A stretch of 64,000 nt of DNA, from the NCBI GenBank assembly GCA_902373415.1, contig CABKLX010000006.1:54295-118294 (forward strand), written 5' to 3'. Below, one piece after another: positions 1 to 8,574 of the stretch. Numbering within the stretch: the first letter of the stretch is position 1; each line of letters opens with the position of its first letter. The notes beneath the pieces are model-generated. The model had not been told where the DNA came from. It did not search any database and saw only the letters and a program-made list of their open reading frames with translations. Both the position numbers and the translations under genes were made by a program. This DNA is from an uncultured Eubacteriales bacterium (GTDB lineage: Bacteria; Bacillota; Clostridia; Oscillospirales; UBA644).

Positions 1-1
1 G

Positions 2-2113
2 ATCTCGGGCGAACTTCACACGAATTTTTCGCTCAAAACGAGCAATGTCTGCGTGACCGTTTCCGACGCATCGGGCAAGATCGTCGACTCGGTCGGGATC
101 GCGGAGATCGCGCCGGACGCTTCCTACGCGCGCGACGGCTCGGGAAATTATACGGAGATATTTTCTCCGACGCCCGGATATGAAAACAGCGAAGAGGGCT
201 TCCGCGAGGCGGGGAAACTCCTCGTCGGCGAAGGCGGTCTTGTAATATACGAGGCGATGTCCAAAAACAGTTCGTACATTCCGCAGAACGGCGGCAGATA
301 CTATGACTGGGTCGAACTGAAAAACACGTCTTCCGAAGAGATCGACCTGTCCGCTTACTGCCTGTCGAACGACGCAGACGTTCCCGATCTTTACGCGCTT
401 CCCGAACGCAAGCTCGGCGCGGGCGAGTCGATCGTCATCATCTGCTCGGGAAACTCCGTTCTTTCAAACAGCGGATATTATCACGCGAATTTCAAGATCA
501 ACGGCGACGAGCAGATATATCTTTTCAGAAACGGCGAGTTCGTTGACGGCGCCTGTTTGAAAGGGACGAAGATCGGAACCTCGCTGACAAGGGTTTCCGA
601 CAGGGCGGGCTTCTGGACGAACACTTCTCCGTCCCCGAAAACGACGGAGGGCGATCAGGTTTATTACGCGGTCGCCGCCGAACCGAATATCGAGACCGCT
701 TCGGGCGTTTTCACCGACGTCGGAACGGTGACGGTCAGCATCAGCGGCGAGGGTGACATATATTATACCCTCGACGGCTCGGACCCGACGGTCTATTCAA
801 AAAAATATACCGGCCCTTTTGAAATTGCGGAGACGAAATCTGTTCGCGCGGTCTCGTACTCCGCGGGGAAAATAAGATCACGGGCGGCGGCGGCGACCTA
901 CGTTATCAACGAGGGCGATACGCTTCCGGTCATGACCCTTTGCGTGGACAATGACGATCTGTACAGTCAGGACAGGGGAATTTATGCGACAGGGTATTAC
1001 GCCTCGTCCGTATTTCCGTATCTGGGCGCGAATTTCTGGCAGCCGTGGGAACGCGAATGCACCGCCGAGTTCTTTGAGAACGGAGACGGCTTTTCGATCG
1101 ATTGCGGCATTCGCATTTTCGGAGCGTATTCGCGCGCGGACGCCAAAAAGTCATTTCAGCTCAAATTCCGCGATATGTACGGGCAGAGCGAACTCGTCTA
1201 TCCCGTTTTCGACGAGCTTGACACGGTCAAAAGTTTCAAGGCTCTCGTTCTCCGTTCGGGCTCGCAGGATTACGGTCACGCCATGCTGCGCGACGAGTTT
1301 TTCACGAGCCTGCTGAAAGCGCATTCGGACAGCATATTCGTTCAGGCGTATAAGCCGTGCGTGCTTTACATCAACGGCGAGTATTTCGGGATATACTATT
1401 TCAGGGAAAAAGTCAATTCGGATTATTGCGCAAAGCATATGAACGCCGACGAGACGCAGACCTCGCTGCTTGTCGGGAGCGAAAGCGTCGTGTACGGCTC
1501 GCGTGAGGAGTTTCAGGCACTGCGTTCGTTCGTCGAAACGCACAATATGGCAGATCCGGAGAATTATAAATACGCTGAGGAACGGATAGATTTCGTCAGT
1601 CTCATAGACTTCACGATCGGCGAATACTATTCGGGCAATCAGGACAACGGCAACGCGAAGTGGTTCATGAACGGAGCCGCTGAGGACACGCGTTGGAAAT
1701 GGATATATTACGACCTCGACTGGGGCTTTTATTACGACACGCCGCTTGACTTTTACCTGCGCAAGCGCGGTCAGGCGGAGTACGGTTTCGCGAAGATCAA
1801 CGCCTTGATCGGAAACCTGCTCGACAATCCCGATTTCAGAGCGCTTTTCCTCGAAAGAACGGCGTATCATCTGAAAAACACGTTCAGCGAAGAAGTCGCG
1901 CTCGCTCATTTGCAGGGCATCGTCGATCAGATCGAACCCGATATGAAGAAAGAATGCGAACGCTGGGACAAAACGTATTCGCGCTGGGAGAAAGAGGTCG
2001 AAAGAGTCCGTAACTTTATCCGTTCGCGCAAGGATTTCATGCTCCCCGAGATAAAAGCGTGGTTCGGTCTTTCTCAGGCGGAGTACGACAAATATTTCGG
2101 CGATCTCGGATAA
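2..2113 (+). CDS. CotH-family protein with lamin-tail (LTD) domain; 5' end cut by window edge
   Basis: The reading frame stays open from nt 2, so the track ORF start at 53 is an internal GTG. LTD-like motif GGRYYDWVELKNTSSEEIDLSAY; Fn3/chitobiase-like GDIYYTLDGSDPT; CotH-like core (FQLKFRDMYG, RDEFFTSLL, NGEYFGIYYFREK). Clear paralog of 4132..7650. Confidence 0.8.
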   Translation: MSGELHTNFSLKTSNVCVTVSDASGKIVDSVGIAEIAPDASYARDGSGNYTEIFSPTPGYENSEEGFREAGKLLVGEGGLVIYEAMSKNSSYIPQNGGRYYDWVELKNTSSEEIDLSAYCLSNDADVPDLYALPERKLGAGESIVIICSGNSVLSNSGYYHANFKINGDEQIYLFRNGEFVDGACLKGTKIGTSLTRVSDRAGFWTNTSPSPKTTEGDQVYYAVAAEPNIETASGVFTDVGTVTVSISGEGDIYYTLDGSDPTVYSKKYTGPFEIAETKSVRAVSYSAGKIRSRAAAATYVINEGDTLPVMTLCVDNDDLYSQDRGIYATGYYASSVFPYLGANFWQPWERECTAEFFENGDGFSIDCGIRIFGAYSRADAKKSFQLKFRDMYGQSELVYPVFDELDTVKSFKALVLRSGSQDYGHAMLRDEFFTSLLKAHSDSIFVQAYKPCVLYINGEYFGIYYFREKVNSDYCAKHMNADETQTSLLVGSESVVYGSREEFQALRSFVETHNMADPENYKYAEERIDFVSLIDFTIGEYYSGNQDNGNAKWFMNGAAEDTRWKWIYYDLDWGFYYDTPLDFYLRKRGQAEYGFAKINALIGNLLDNPDFRALFLERTAYHLKNTFSEEVALAHLQGIVDQIEPDMKKECERWDKTYSRWEKEVERVRNFIRSRKDFMLPEIKAWFGLSQAEYDKYFGDLG

Positions 2114-2185
2114 TCCGGGTCCGCGATCATATTATCCGCTCAGCGGAAACTGCCGTCTCCGAGAGGCGGGAAAGGAACGAAAAGT

Positions 2186-4042
2186 ATGATATCCGAAAGA
2201 ACAGAGACAACGTCTTTTTCTCCCGCGAACGTCACCCCGTCGGGCTGGCAGGCGTCAAATCTGCGTCTGCACGCGGACGGGTTGCTCGGCAATCTCGACC
2301 GAATTTCACCCGAAGTCAGAGAATCGCGCTGGCTCGGCGGACGCGACGGCGATTTCGACAGCCTTCCTCTGTGGCTGTCGGGCTTTGTCCCGACGGCGTG
2401 GCTGCTCGGCGACCTTGAAATGCAGGAGCGCGCGGGACTTTATATCAAAAAACTGCTCGAAAAAAATAAAAACGGGTTTATCCCGAAAACAAAAGGCGAA
2501 AAATTCGACATCGCGTCTCTGCTCGTTCTTCTTGACGCGCTCTGCGTCTGCGCGGAGGCGAGCGGAAACGGAGAGATCGACGATGCGATCTTCGGAGCGC
2601 TCAAAGAACTTGACGCGTACACGGACAGACACGCGCTTTCCGCGCGCGCTCAACTTCACTGGGCGGAGGCTCTGCGCCCGATCGGACGCGAATTGAAGAA
2701 AACGAACGATCCGTTTCTTCGCCGCCTCGCGAAAAAACTTGCGTGTATGGGCTTTGACTGGCTGTCCTTCTTTGACGGCTGGGATTATGCCCATGTCGCG
2801 GCGTCCGAGCTTCCCGATTCGTTCCTGACCGACGTCCGCAACAACATCGCGGCGGTCAAGACGGCGGCTCTGCTCGCGGAATTTTACGGCGATCCCGCTT
2901 ACGCGGACAAGGCGTTTGATATGATTCTCACGCTCGAACGCTTCCACGGCTCCGCGATCGGCATGATATGCGGAGATTCCCGTCTCGGCGGCAAGACCGT
3001 CGCTCACGGCATCGACACCGACGCGCTCTGCGAATATATGTCCGCGCTGGCGACGCTTTTGAAAGTGTCGGGCTCCGTCGAGTGCGCCGACCGCCTTGAA
3101 AAAATCGCCTACAATGCGTATCCCGCGGCGTTCGCTCCCGATATGTGGACGCATCAGCGGGTTCAGCTCGTCAATCAGATCCAATGCGTCGCGGACGGCG
3201 ATCATCCGTTCACGACCGCGGACGGAAAAGCGGGGCTTTTCGGACTTTGCGGCGGTGAAGACCGCTCGGTCGCCGCTTTCTGCAAGGGATATGCGGCTTT
3301 CGTCGGCGTTCAGTTCCTGAAAAACGACGGGGGCATATATATTTCGGGCTTTTCGCCCGCGAAACTCGAAACGGTCATCGACGGCGCGAATGTTAAGATC
3401 GAGGTGAGCGGGGAATACCCGTTCAGAAATACGGCGAAGATCACGGTTTCCGTTTCCGCGCCCGTCACGTTCACGCTCGGGGTGAGAATACCGTGCTGGA
3501 CGGAGAACATGAAGATCGGCTCGGGCTCGGAGATACTGATGCCGCGCAAGGGCGAGTTCTTCACCTTCCGCGGAACGTGGACGGATTCGACCGTTTTCAG
3601 CCTTGACACGAACGACAAATTCAGGCTGAACCGCCTTCCGAACGATCTGTATACCGTCAGCCGAGGCGCACTGTACTACGCGATCCCCGTGCCTGCCGAA
3701 AAGTCTTACACGGAGGGAAACACTTATCCTTACAGCGAATTTGAACTCTCCGCTTCGGGCGGATGGAACTTTGCGCTGCTCGTTGAAGACAAGGACAGGT
3801 TCGCAAGATCCGTGACATTTGAGGACAAGCCGATGACGTCTTTCCCGTTTTCTCCTGCGACACCCGCGGTCGAGATGTTCTGCTGCGGCAAACGCATTCG
3901 GTGGGGCATCAAAAACGGAGAGGCTGTTCACAATCCTCTCGCGGTCGCGGCGTCCGACAAAAAGGAAATGCTCCGCATGATCCCTTACGGCGCGACAGAT
4001 CTTCGCATCGCGGCTTTGCCGGTCATAACACAGGTTACCTGA
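2186..4042 (+). CDS. Glycoside-hydrolase-like protein, possibly GH127/DUF1680-like; function uncertain
   Basis: 618-aa ORF with good codon bias. The N-terminal half is helical-repeat-like and the C-terminal half looks beta-rich. Family assignment is from memory only. I did not see the canonical GH127 Cys cluster. Confidence 0.55.
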   Translation: MISERTETTSFSPANVTPSGWQASNLRLHADGLLGNLDRISPEVRESRWLGGRDGDFDSLPLWLSGFVPTAWLLGDLEMQERAGLYIKKLLEKNKNGFIPKTKGEKFDIASLLVLLDALCVCAEASGNGEIDDAIFGALKELDAYTDRHALSARAQLHWAEALRPIGRELKKTNDPFLRRLAKKLACMGFDWLSFFDGWDYAHVAASELPDSFLTDVRNNIAAVKTAALLAEFYGDPAYADKAFDMILTLERFHGSAIGMICGDSRLGGKTVAHGIDTDALCEYMSALATLLKVSGSVECADRLEKIAYNAYPAAFAPDMWTHQRVQLVNQIQCVADGDHPFTTADGKAGLFGLCGGEDRSVAAFCKGYAAFVGVQFLKNDGGIYISGFSPAKLETVIDGANVKIEVSGEYPFRNTAKITVSVSAPVTFTLGVRIPCWTENMKIGSGSEILMPRKGEFFTFRGTWTDSTVFSLDTNDKFRLNRLPNDLYTVSRGALYYAIPVPAEKSYTEGNTYPYSEFELSASGGWNFALLVEDKDRFARSVTFEDKPMTSFPFSPATPAVEMFCCGKRIRWGIKNGEAVHNPLAVAASDKKEMLRMIPYGATDLRIAALPVITQVT

Positions 4043-4122
4043 GACCCGGCATATTAAAAGGATCTTCACATCGCGGCTTTGCCGGTCATAACATAACTTA
4101 CCCGAGACCCGTATATTAAGAG
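3998..4122. repeat. Tandem duplication (63 + 62 nt) spanning the stop codon of 2186..4042
   Basis: gatcttcgcatcgcggctttgccggtcataacacaggttacctgagacccggcatattaaaag is followed directly by gatcttcacatcgcggctttgccggtcataacataacttacccgagacccgtatattaagag. Confidence 0.9.
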
Positions 4123-4131
4123 GAAAAACCA

Positions 4132-7100
4132 TTGAAGACCGAACAGGAAATAAAAGAACAGAATAAGCCGAAAGACGTTTCCGACATGCCTTTGTTTGCC
4201 GTTCCCTCGGAAGACGAAATGCGTTTTGCCGAGGAAGAGCAAATTCCTCGGGAACAGTTGCCCGAACCGGAGGAAACGATCCCGAAAAAGAAACGGAAAA
4301 GCGCTTCGCGGGGCGAAAAAGAGGCTCCGAAGGCAATAAAAACCGCCGACAGAGCGGTCGCAAAGACGGAAAAAAGCGCTTCGGAGCATAAAAAGGCGGC
4401 GGAGAAGCCGTTCTCCGACAGAGCGGTAGAAAAAACGAAAAAAAGCGCTTCGGAGCATAAAAAGGCGGCGGAGAAGCCGTTCTCCGACAGGGCGGTCGCA
4501 AAGACGGAAAAAAGCGCTTCGGAGCATAAAAAGGCGGCGAAAAAGCCTTTTTCGGACGTAGAGTCACGCGAACCGACGCATGACGGCGCGAAGAACGCGC
4601 CGGTATCGGAGTTTACGTTCGGCAACGGATCGGAAACGGAAAATAAACCGTTTTTCGGCGGTGAACTGAAACGTCGTATCGTCGCCGTCGCCGCCGCGTT
4701 TGCCGTTTTTGTCGCGGTGTGCGCCGTTCTGATACCCGCGAGCGATCTGCTGGCGGCAAAGACGACCCACGGGAGCCGCATTTACATCAGCGAGATCATG
4801 ACTTCGAACACTTCCTCGTATCCCGCGCCCGACGGGGAGTTTTACGACTGGATCGAACTGCATAACCCGACCGATGTGCTGATAGATATTTCAGGCTTCG
4901 GATTCGGAGTCGATTCTGCCTCCGCCGTGTGGACGGTCCCCGACGGAACGATATTGCCCGCGAACGGATACGCCGTTGTTTACTGTGCGGGGAAGATCGG
5001 GAACACGGGAGCGGATAACAAGGTCTTTTCGACATTCAAGCTTTCCAAAAAAGGCGGTGAGACGGTCAGTCTGATGACGTCGGACGGAACGGTCATTGAC
5101 ACGGTCGAAACGGTCTTTCTCGAAAGCGGACAGGCGATGTACCGCGAAAGCGAGGGGTCGGAGTTTCTTGTTTATGACGCGATAACTCCGCTTTTCCCGA
5201 ACACTTCGGACGGCAGGGAAGCGTATTTCGCGTCTCTGGCGGTCTCGGACGATCCTTTCGTCATCAGCGAGATCGCTCCGAAAAACGACGTCGGTCTGAC
5301 TGATGCTTTCGGGCAGACGTCGGACTGGATAGAACTTCGGAACACGTCTTCGAAGGCGGTCAGCCTGAACGGTTACAAACTTTCGGACGACGTTAATTCG
5401 CCTTACGCGTGGACTTTTCCCGACGTGACTGTCGGCGCGGGCGAGTACATATACGTTTTCTGCACGGGCAGGGACGAAGTCGCCGACGGCGAGATACATA
5501 CGGGATTTTCGCTCTCCGCGAAGAGCGGCGCGGTGATCCTTTCGCGTCCCGACGGCGGAACGGTCGATCGCGTTGAGTATTCGGACGTTGAAACGGACAA
5601 GTCGTATATGCGCGACGACAACGGAATTTTCACTTCGACTCAGTGGCAGACCCCCGGCTTTGAAAACTCGGTCGCGGGCTATGAAAAATATGCTTCGACG
5701 CTTGAAACTCCCGACGGACTCGTCATCAACGAGATCATGGTCGGAAATGAGAAATACTGCGCTCATAACGGCGGAAGATATTATGACTGGGCGGAACTTT
5801 ACAACGCCTCCGATGCGGATATAGACCTTTCCGAATACTGTATCTCAAAGGAAAGATCAGATCTCGGAATGTTCGCGCTTCCTCAGCGGACGCTTCGTCC
5901 CGGCGAGTACGTTCTCATTATGTTTTCGGGAGACTCCGCGCTTTCGACCACGACCTACATACACGCGGATTTCAAGATCGACAACGACGGGGAAACGCTT
6001 TTCCTCTCAAAGAACGGGCAGATCGCGGACGCGGTTCATTTTTCCCAAATACGGAGCGGTTACAGTTTCGGAAGATCATCTCAGGGCAACGGATTTTTCA
6101 ACCTCGGTTCTCCGACGCCCGGTTCGGCGAACGGAACGGGTATCAGACAAGTCTCTCAGACACCCTTTGCCGACACGGCGGAGGGTGTTTACGATAACGT
6201 CGAAGGCGTGACGGTCGCGCTTTCCGCGTTCGGGGACGCGAAGATATATTACACGACGGATTGCACCGCGCCGACATATCTGAGCACGGAATACGTCGGC
6301 GAGCCGCTGACGTTCGACAAAACGACCGTTCTGAAAGCCGTTTCTTACGAAAAGGGCAAACTTCCGTCAAAAGTCGTAACGCTCAGTTATATCGTCAACG
6401 AGAACCACACTTTGCCCGTTATCAGCCTTTCCGCGGAGCCCGACGATCTTTTTGATTACTATACGGGCATATATGCCGACGGTCCCGGCTATACTTCCGG
6501 ATTCCCGCACAAAGGCGCGAATTTCTGGCAGGATTGGGAACGCGACGCGCACGTTGCGTTTTTTGCCGAGGGCGAGGAAGGCTTTTCGCTCGACTGCGGC
6601 ATAAAAATGTTCGGAAATTACGGCAGGGCTTACGATCAGAAGCCGTTTCAACTCAAATTCAGAAAAAAATACGGAACATCGGAACTGCATTACAAGGTCT
6701 TTGAGCAATACGACGATATTTCCGTCTTTGAGTCTCTCGTTTTGCGTTGCGGATCGCAGGACAGTTACCGTGCGCGCTTCCGTGACGAGCTTTTCACGTC
6801 TCTTGTCGCGGACAGCGACAGCACCGTCGCGGTTCAGGCTTACCGCGCGTGCGTTCTTTATCTGAACGGCGAATACTGGGGCGTTTATTACATCCGCGAA
6901 AAGGTAGACGAAAATTATCTTTCCCAGCACACGAATTACGCGCCCGAGACCTTCTCCCTGCTTTACCGCAACGGTGAGGTCGAGGAAGGAACGGAAAGCG
7001 GCTATGCCGCCCTCGTGAATTTCGTCGCGTATCACGATATGACGAACGAGGAAAACTATCGCTATGTCTGTGAACGGATGGACGTTCTCAATTATATAGA

Positions 7101-7650
7101 TCTGAAAATATTTCAGGCGTATTCGGGCAACATCGACCTGCACAATGTCAGGTATTATGTCAGCAACGACCCCGAAAGCGACGGAAAGTGGCGATGGATC
7201 TTTTACGATCAGGATTTCGCCTTCCGCGATCTTAGCAGTTCGGTCGCACGAACCGTCGAAGAGGGATACACCTTCATTTCAAACAGCCTTTTCCGCAATC
7301 TGCTGAAAAACCCCGAGTTCAAAGATCTTTACCTTTCACGCACCGCCGAACTTTTCGGCTCCGCGCTCTCCGCGGACACGGTGCTTGCGCGGATCAATGA
7401 ACTTTACGAGGAGGCTCTGCCCGAAATGGAGCGTCACTGCGAGCGGTGGTCGCTTTCCTTCGACAACTGGAAATATGAAGTCGATACGCTTCGCCGCATC
7501 GTCAGCGACAGCGGCTCGATCGAGGGCAGGAGCGGTCTCAGCCGAGGCGGCAGCCGTATAGCGCAGGTTCTCGAAAACCTGAAAAGCACACTTTCTCTCA
7601 CGACCGCCGAATTTGATAAATATTTCGGATCTCTGCTGTCGTCTCAATAA
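4132..7650 (+). CDS. Membrane-anchored CotH-family protein with three LTD domains
   Basis: 1172-aa ORF with a TTG start after aagagg. N-terminal Lys/Glu-rich region holds three 23-aa repeats, followed by a TM helix (IVAVAAAFAVFVAVCAVLI). Repeated LTD motifs (FYDWIELHN, SDWIELRN, RYYDWAELYN); KIYYTTDCTAPT; CotH core (FQLKFRKKYG, RDELFTSLV, NGEYWGVYYIREK). Confidence 0.85.
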   Translation: MKTEQEIKEQNKPKDVSDMPLFAVPSEDEMRFAEEEQIPREQLPEPEETIPKKKRKSASRGEKEAPKAIKTADRAVAKTEKSASEHKKAAEKPFSDRAVEKTKKSASEHKKAAEKPFSDRAVAKTEKSASEHKKAAKKPFSDVESREPTHDGAKNAPVSEFTFGNGSETENKPFFGGELKRRIVAVAAAFAVFVAVCAVLIPASDLLAAKTTHGSRIYISEIMTSNTSSYPAPDGEFYDWIELHNPTDVLIDISGFGFGVDSASAVWTVPDGTILPANGYAVVYCAGKIGNTGADNKVFSTFKLSKKGGETVSLMTSDGTVIDTVETVFLESGQAMYRESEGSEFLVYDAITPLFPNTSDGREAYFASLAVSDDPFVISEIAPKNDVGLTDAFGQTSDWIELRNTSSKAVSLNGYKLSDDVNSPYAWTFPDVTVGAGEYIYVFCTGRDEVADGEIHTGFSLSAKSGAVILSRPDGGTVDRVEYSDVETDKSYMRDDNGIFTSTQWQTPGFENSVAGYEKYASTLETPDGLVINEIMVGNEKYCAHNGGRYYDWAELYNASDADIDLSEYCISKERSDLGMFALPQRTLRPGEYVLIMFSGDSALSTTTYIHADFKIDNDGETLFLSKNGQIADAVHFSQIRSGYSFGRSSQGNGFFNLGSPTPGSANGTGIRQVSQTPFADTAEGVYDNVEGVTVALSAFGDAKIYYTTDCTAPTYLSTEYVGEPLTFDKTTVLKAVSYEKGKLPSKVVTLSYIVNENHTLPVISLSAEPDDLFDYYTGIYADGPGYTSGFPHKGANFWQDWERDAHVAFFAEGEEGFSLDCGIKMFGNYGRAYDQKPFQLKFRKKYGTSELHYKVFEQYDDISVFESLVLRCGSQDSYRARFRDELFTSLVADSDSTVAVQAYRACVLYLNGEYWGVYYIREKVDENYLSQHTNYAPETFSLLYRNGEVEEGTESGYAALVNFVAYHDMTNEENYRYVCERMDVLNYIDLKIFQAYSGNIDLHNVRYYVSNDPESDGKWRWIFYDQDFAFRDLSSSVARTVEEGYTFISNSLFRNLLKNPEFKDLYLSRTAELFGSALSADTVLARINELYEEALPEMERHCERWSLSFDNWKYEVDTLRRIVSDSGSIEGRSGLSRGGSRIAQVLENLKSTLSLTTAEFDKYFGSLLSSQ
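4348..4554 (+). repeat. 3 x 69-nt in-frame tandem repeat inside the CotH gene
   Basis: Units start at 4348, 4417 and 4486. Each encodes DRAVAKTEKSASEHKKAAEKPFS-like 23-aa units. Confidence 0.95.
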
Positions 7651-7856
7651 ACGGCATGTACGCCTTTGAGCGATCGCGGTCTTTGAGCGTCCCGCGGCGC
7701 AAACACGCCGTCACGCTTACGCCGTTATCCGCCGCGGCGAAAAAGCGTATTAAATATATGTACGCAACAGGACAAAGATCATTGTACGCAGACAGATTAT
7801 TGCGCCGGCGCAGATCAAACCGCATTCGGGAAATACCCCGTATTCAGGAGGAAAAA

Positions 7857-8297
7857 ATGCCTTTATCCAAAACAGACAACGCTTTGAGATACCTGTCGTG
7901 GTGGTCGATATTCGCGAGCATCGGAACGCTTGTCATGCTTTCGGTCTTCCCCGTGAATTTTTACATTCCGGGCGCGAATTTCGTCGTTATGACCTGCCTC
8001 GTCTTCGGCGCGAGCGGCGCGGTTCCTTTTCTTCTTGCCGCCGCCGTCGGACTGTTCCTGTTCTGGTTCGGCGCGAAGGGCGTCAAAACGCATTCCGCCC
8101 TGAAACCCGCGCTGATCGCCGTTCCCGTTCTCGCGGACGCGGCATTTTTCGCATATCTCCTGTTTTGTATCATCACGGGAAAGCAGGCTATGTGGGATTG
8201 GCAGTTGATCCCGTCGCTCGTGACCGACGCGGCGTTCGCCGTCCTTCTTGCGCTGTATTACGTTCATATCGCCAAAGAAAAAAAGAAAGAAAAGTGA
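7857..8297 (+). CDS. Small polytopic membrane protein, unknown function
   Basis: ATG at 7857 is preceded by caggagg. About four hydrophobic helices. The upstream part of the track ORF (7656..) is Arg-rich and non-coding in appearance. Confidence 0.65.
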   Translation: MPLSKTDNALRYLSWWSIFASIGTLVMLSVFPVNFYIPGANFVVMTCLVFGASGAVPFLLAAAVGLFLFWFGAKGVKTHSALKPALIAVPVLADAAFFAYLLFCIITGKQAMWDWQLIPSLVTDAAFAVLLALYYVHIAKEKKKEK

Positions 8298-8574
8298 TCG
8301 GTCGGATATTTCGGCGGTTTGCGTTTTGCATACCGCCGCATCGGGAAGAGCCTTCCGTGCTCACGGATCTGCGAAGATCCTGAATTTGCGGACACAACGC
8401 GTTCCGTCCCGTTTTTCCGTCCGCGCAGACCGTCCGTTTTGCGAAAACGGCGCTTCAACCGAAAGAGATCCCCTCGGGAACATTGTTCCCGAGGGGATTT
8501 TACGTTATCGAAGAATATAAATTTCTTCAAACATATTTTTCGCGGAGAAACGGAAATTCCTATCCGCTCCGGGA

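Noticed and set aside
2306-4567. 753-aa minus-strand ORF overlapping the glycosidase-like and CotH genes
   Set aside because: It is antisense to two well-supported genes. The translation is Arg/Pro/Ser-rich low complexity, typical of shadow ORFs in high-GC DNA. No start context or motifs.
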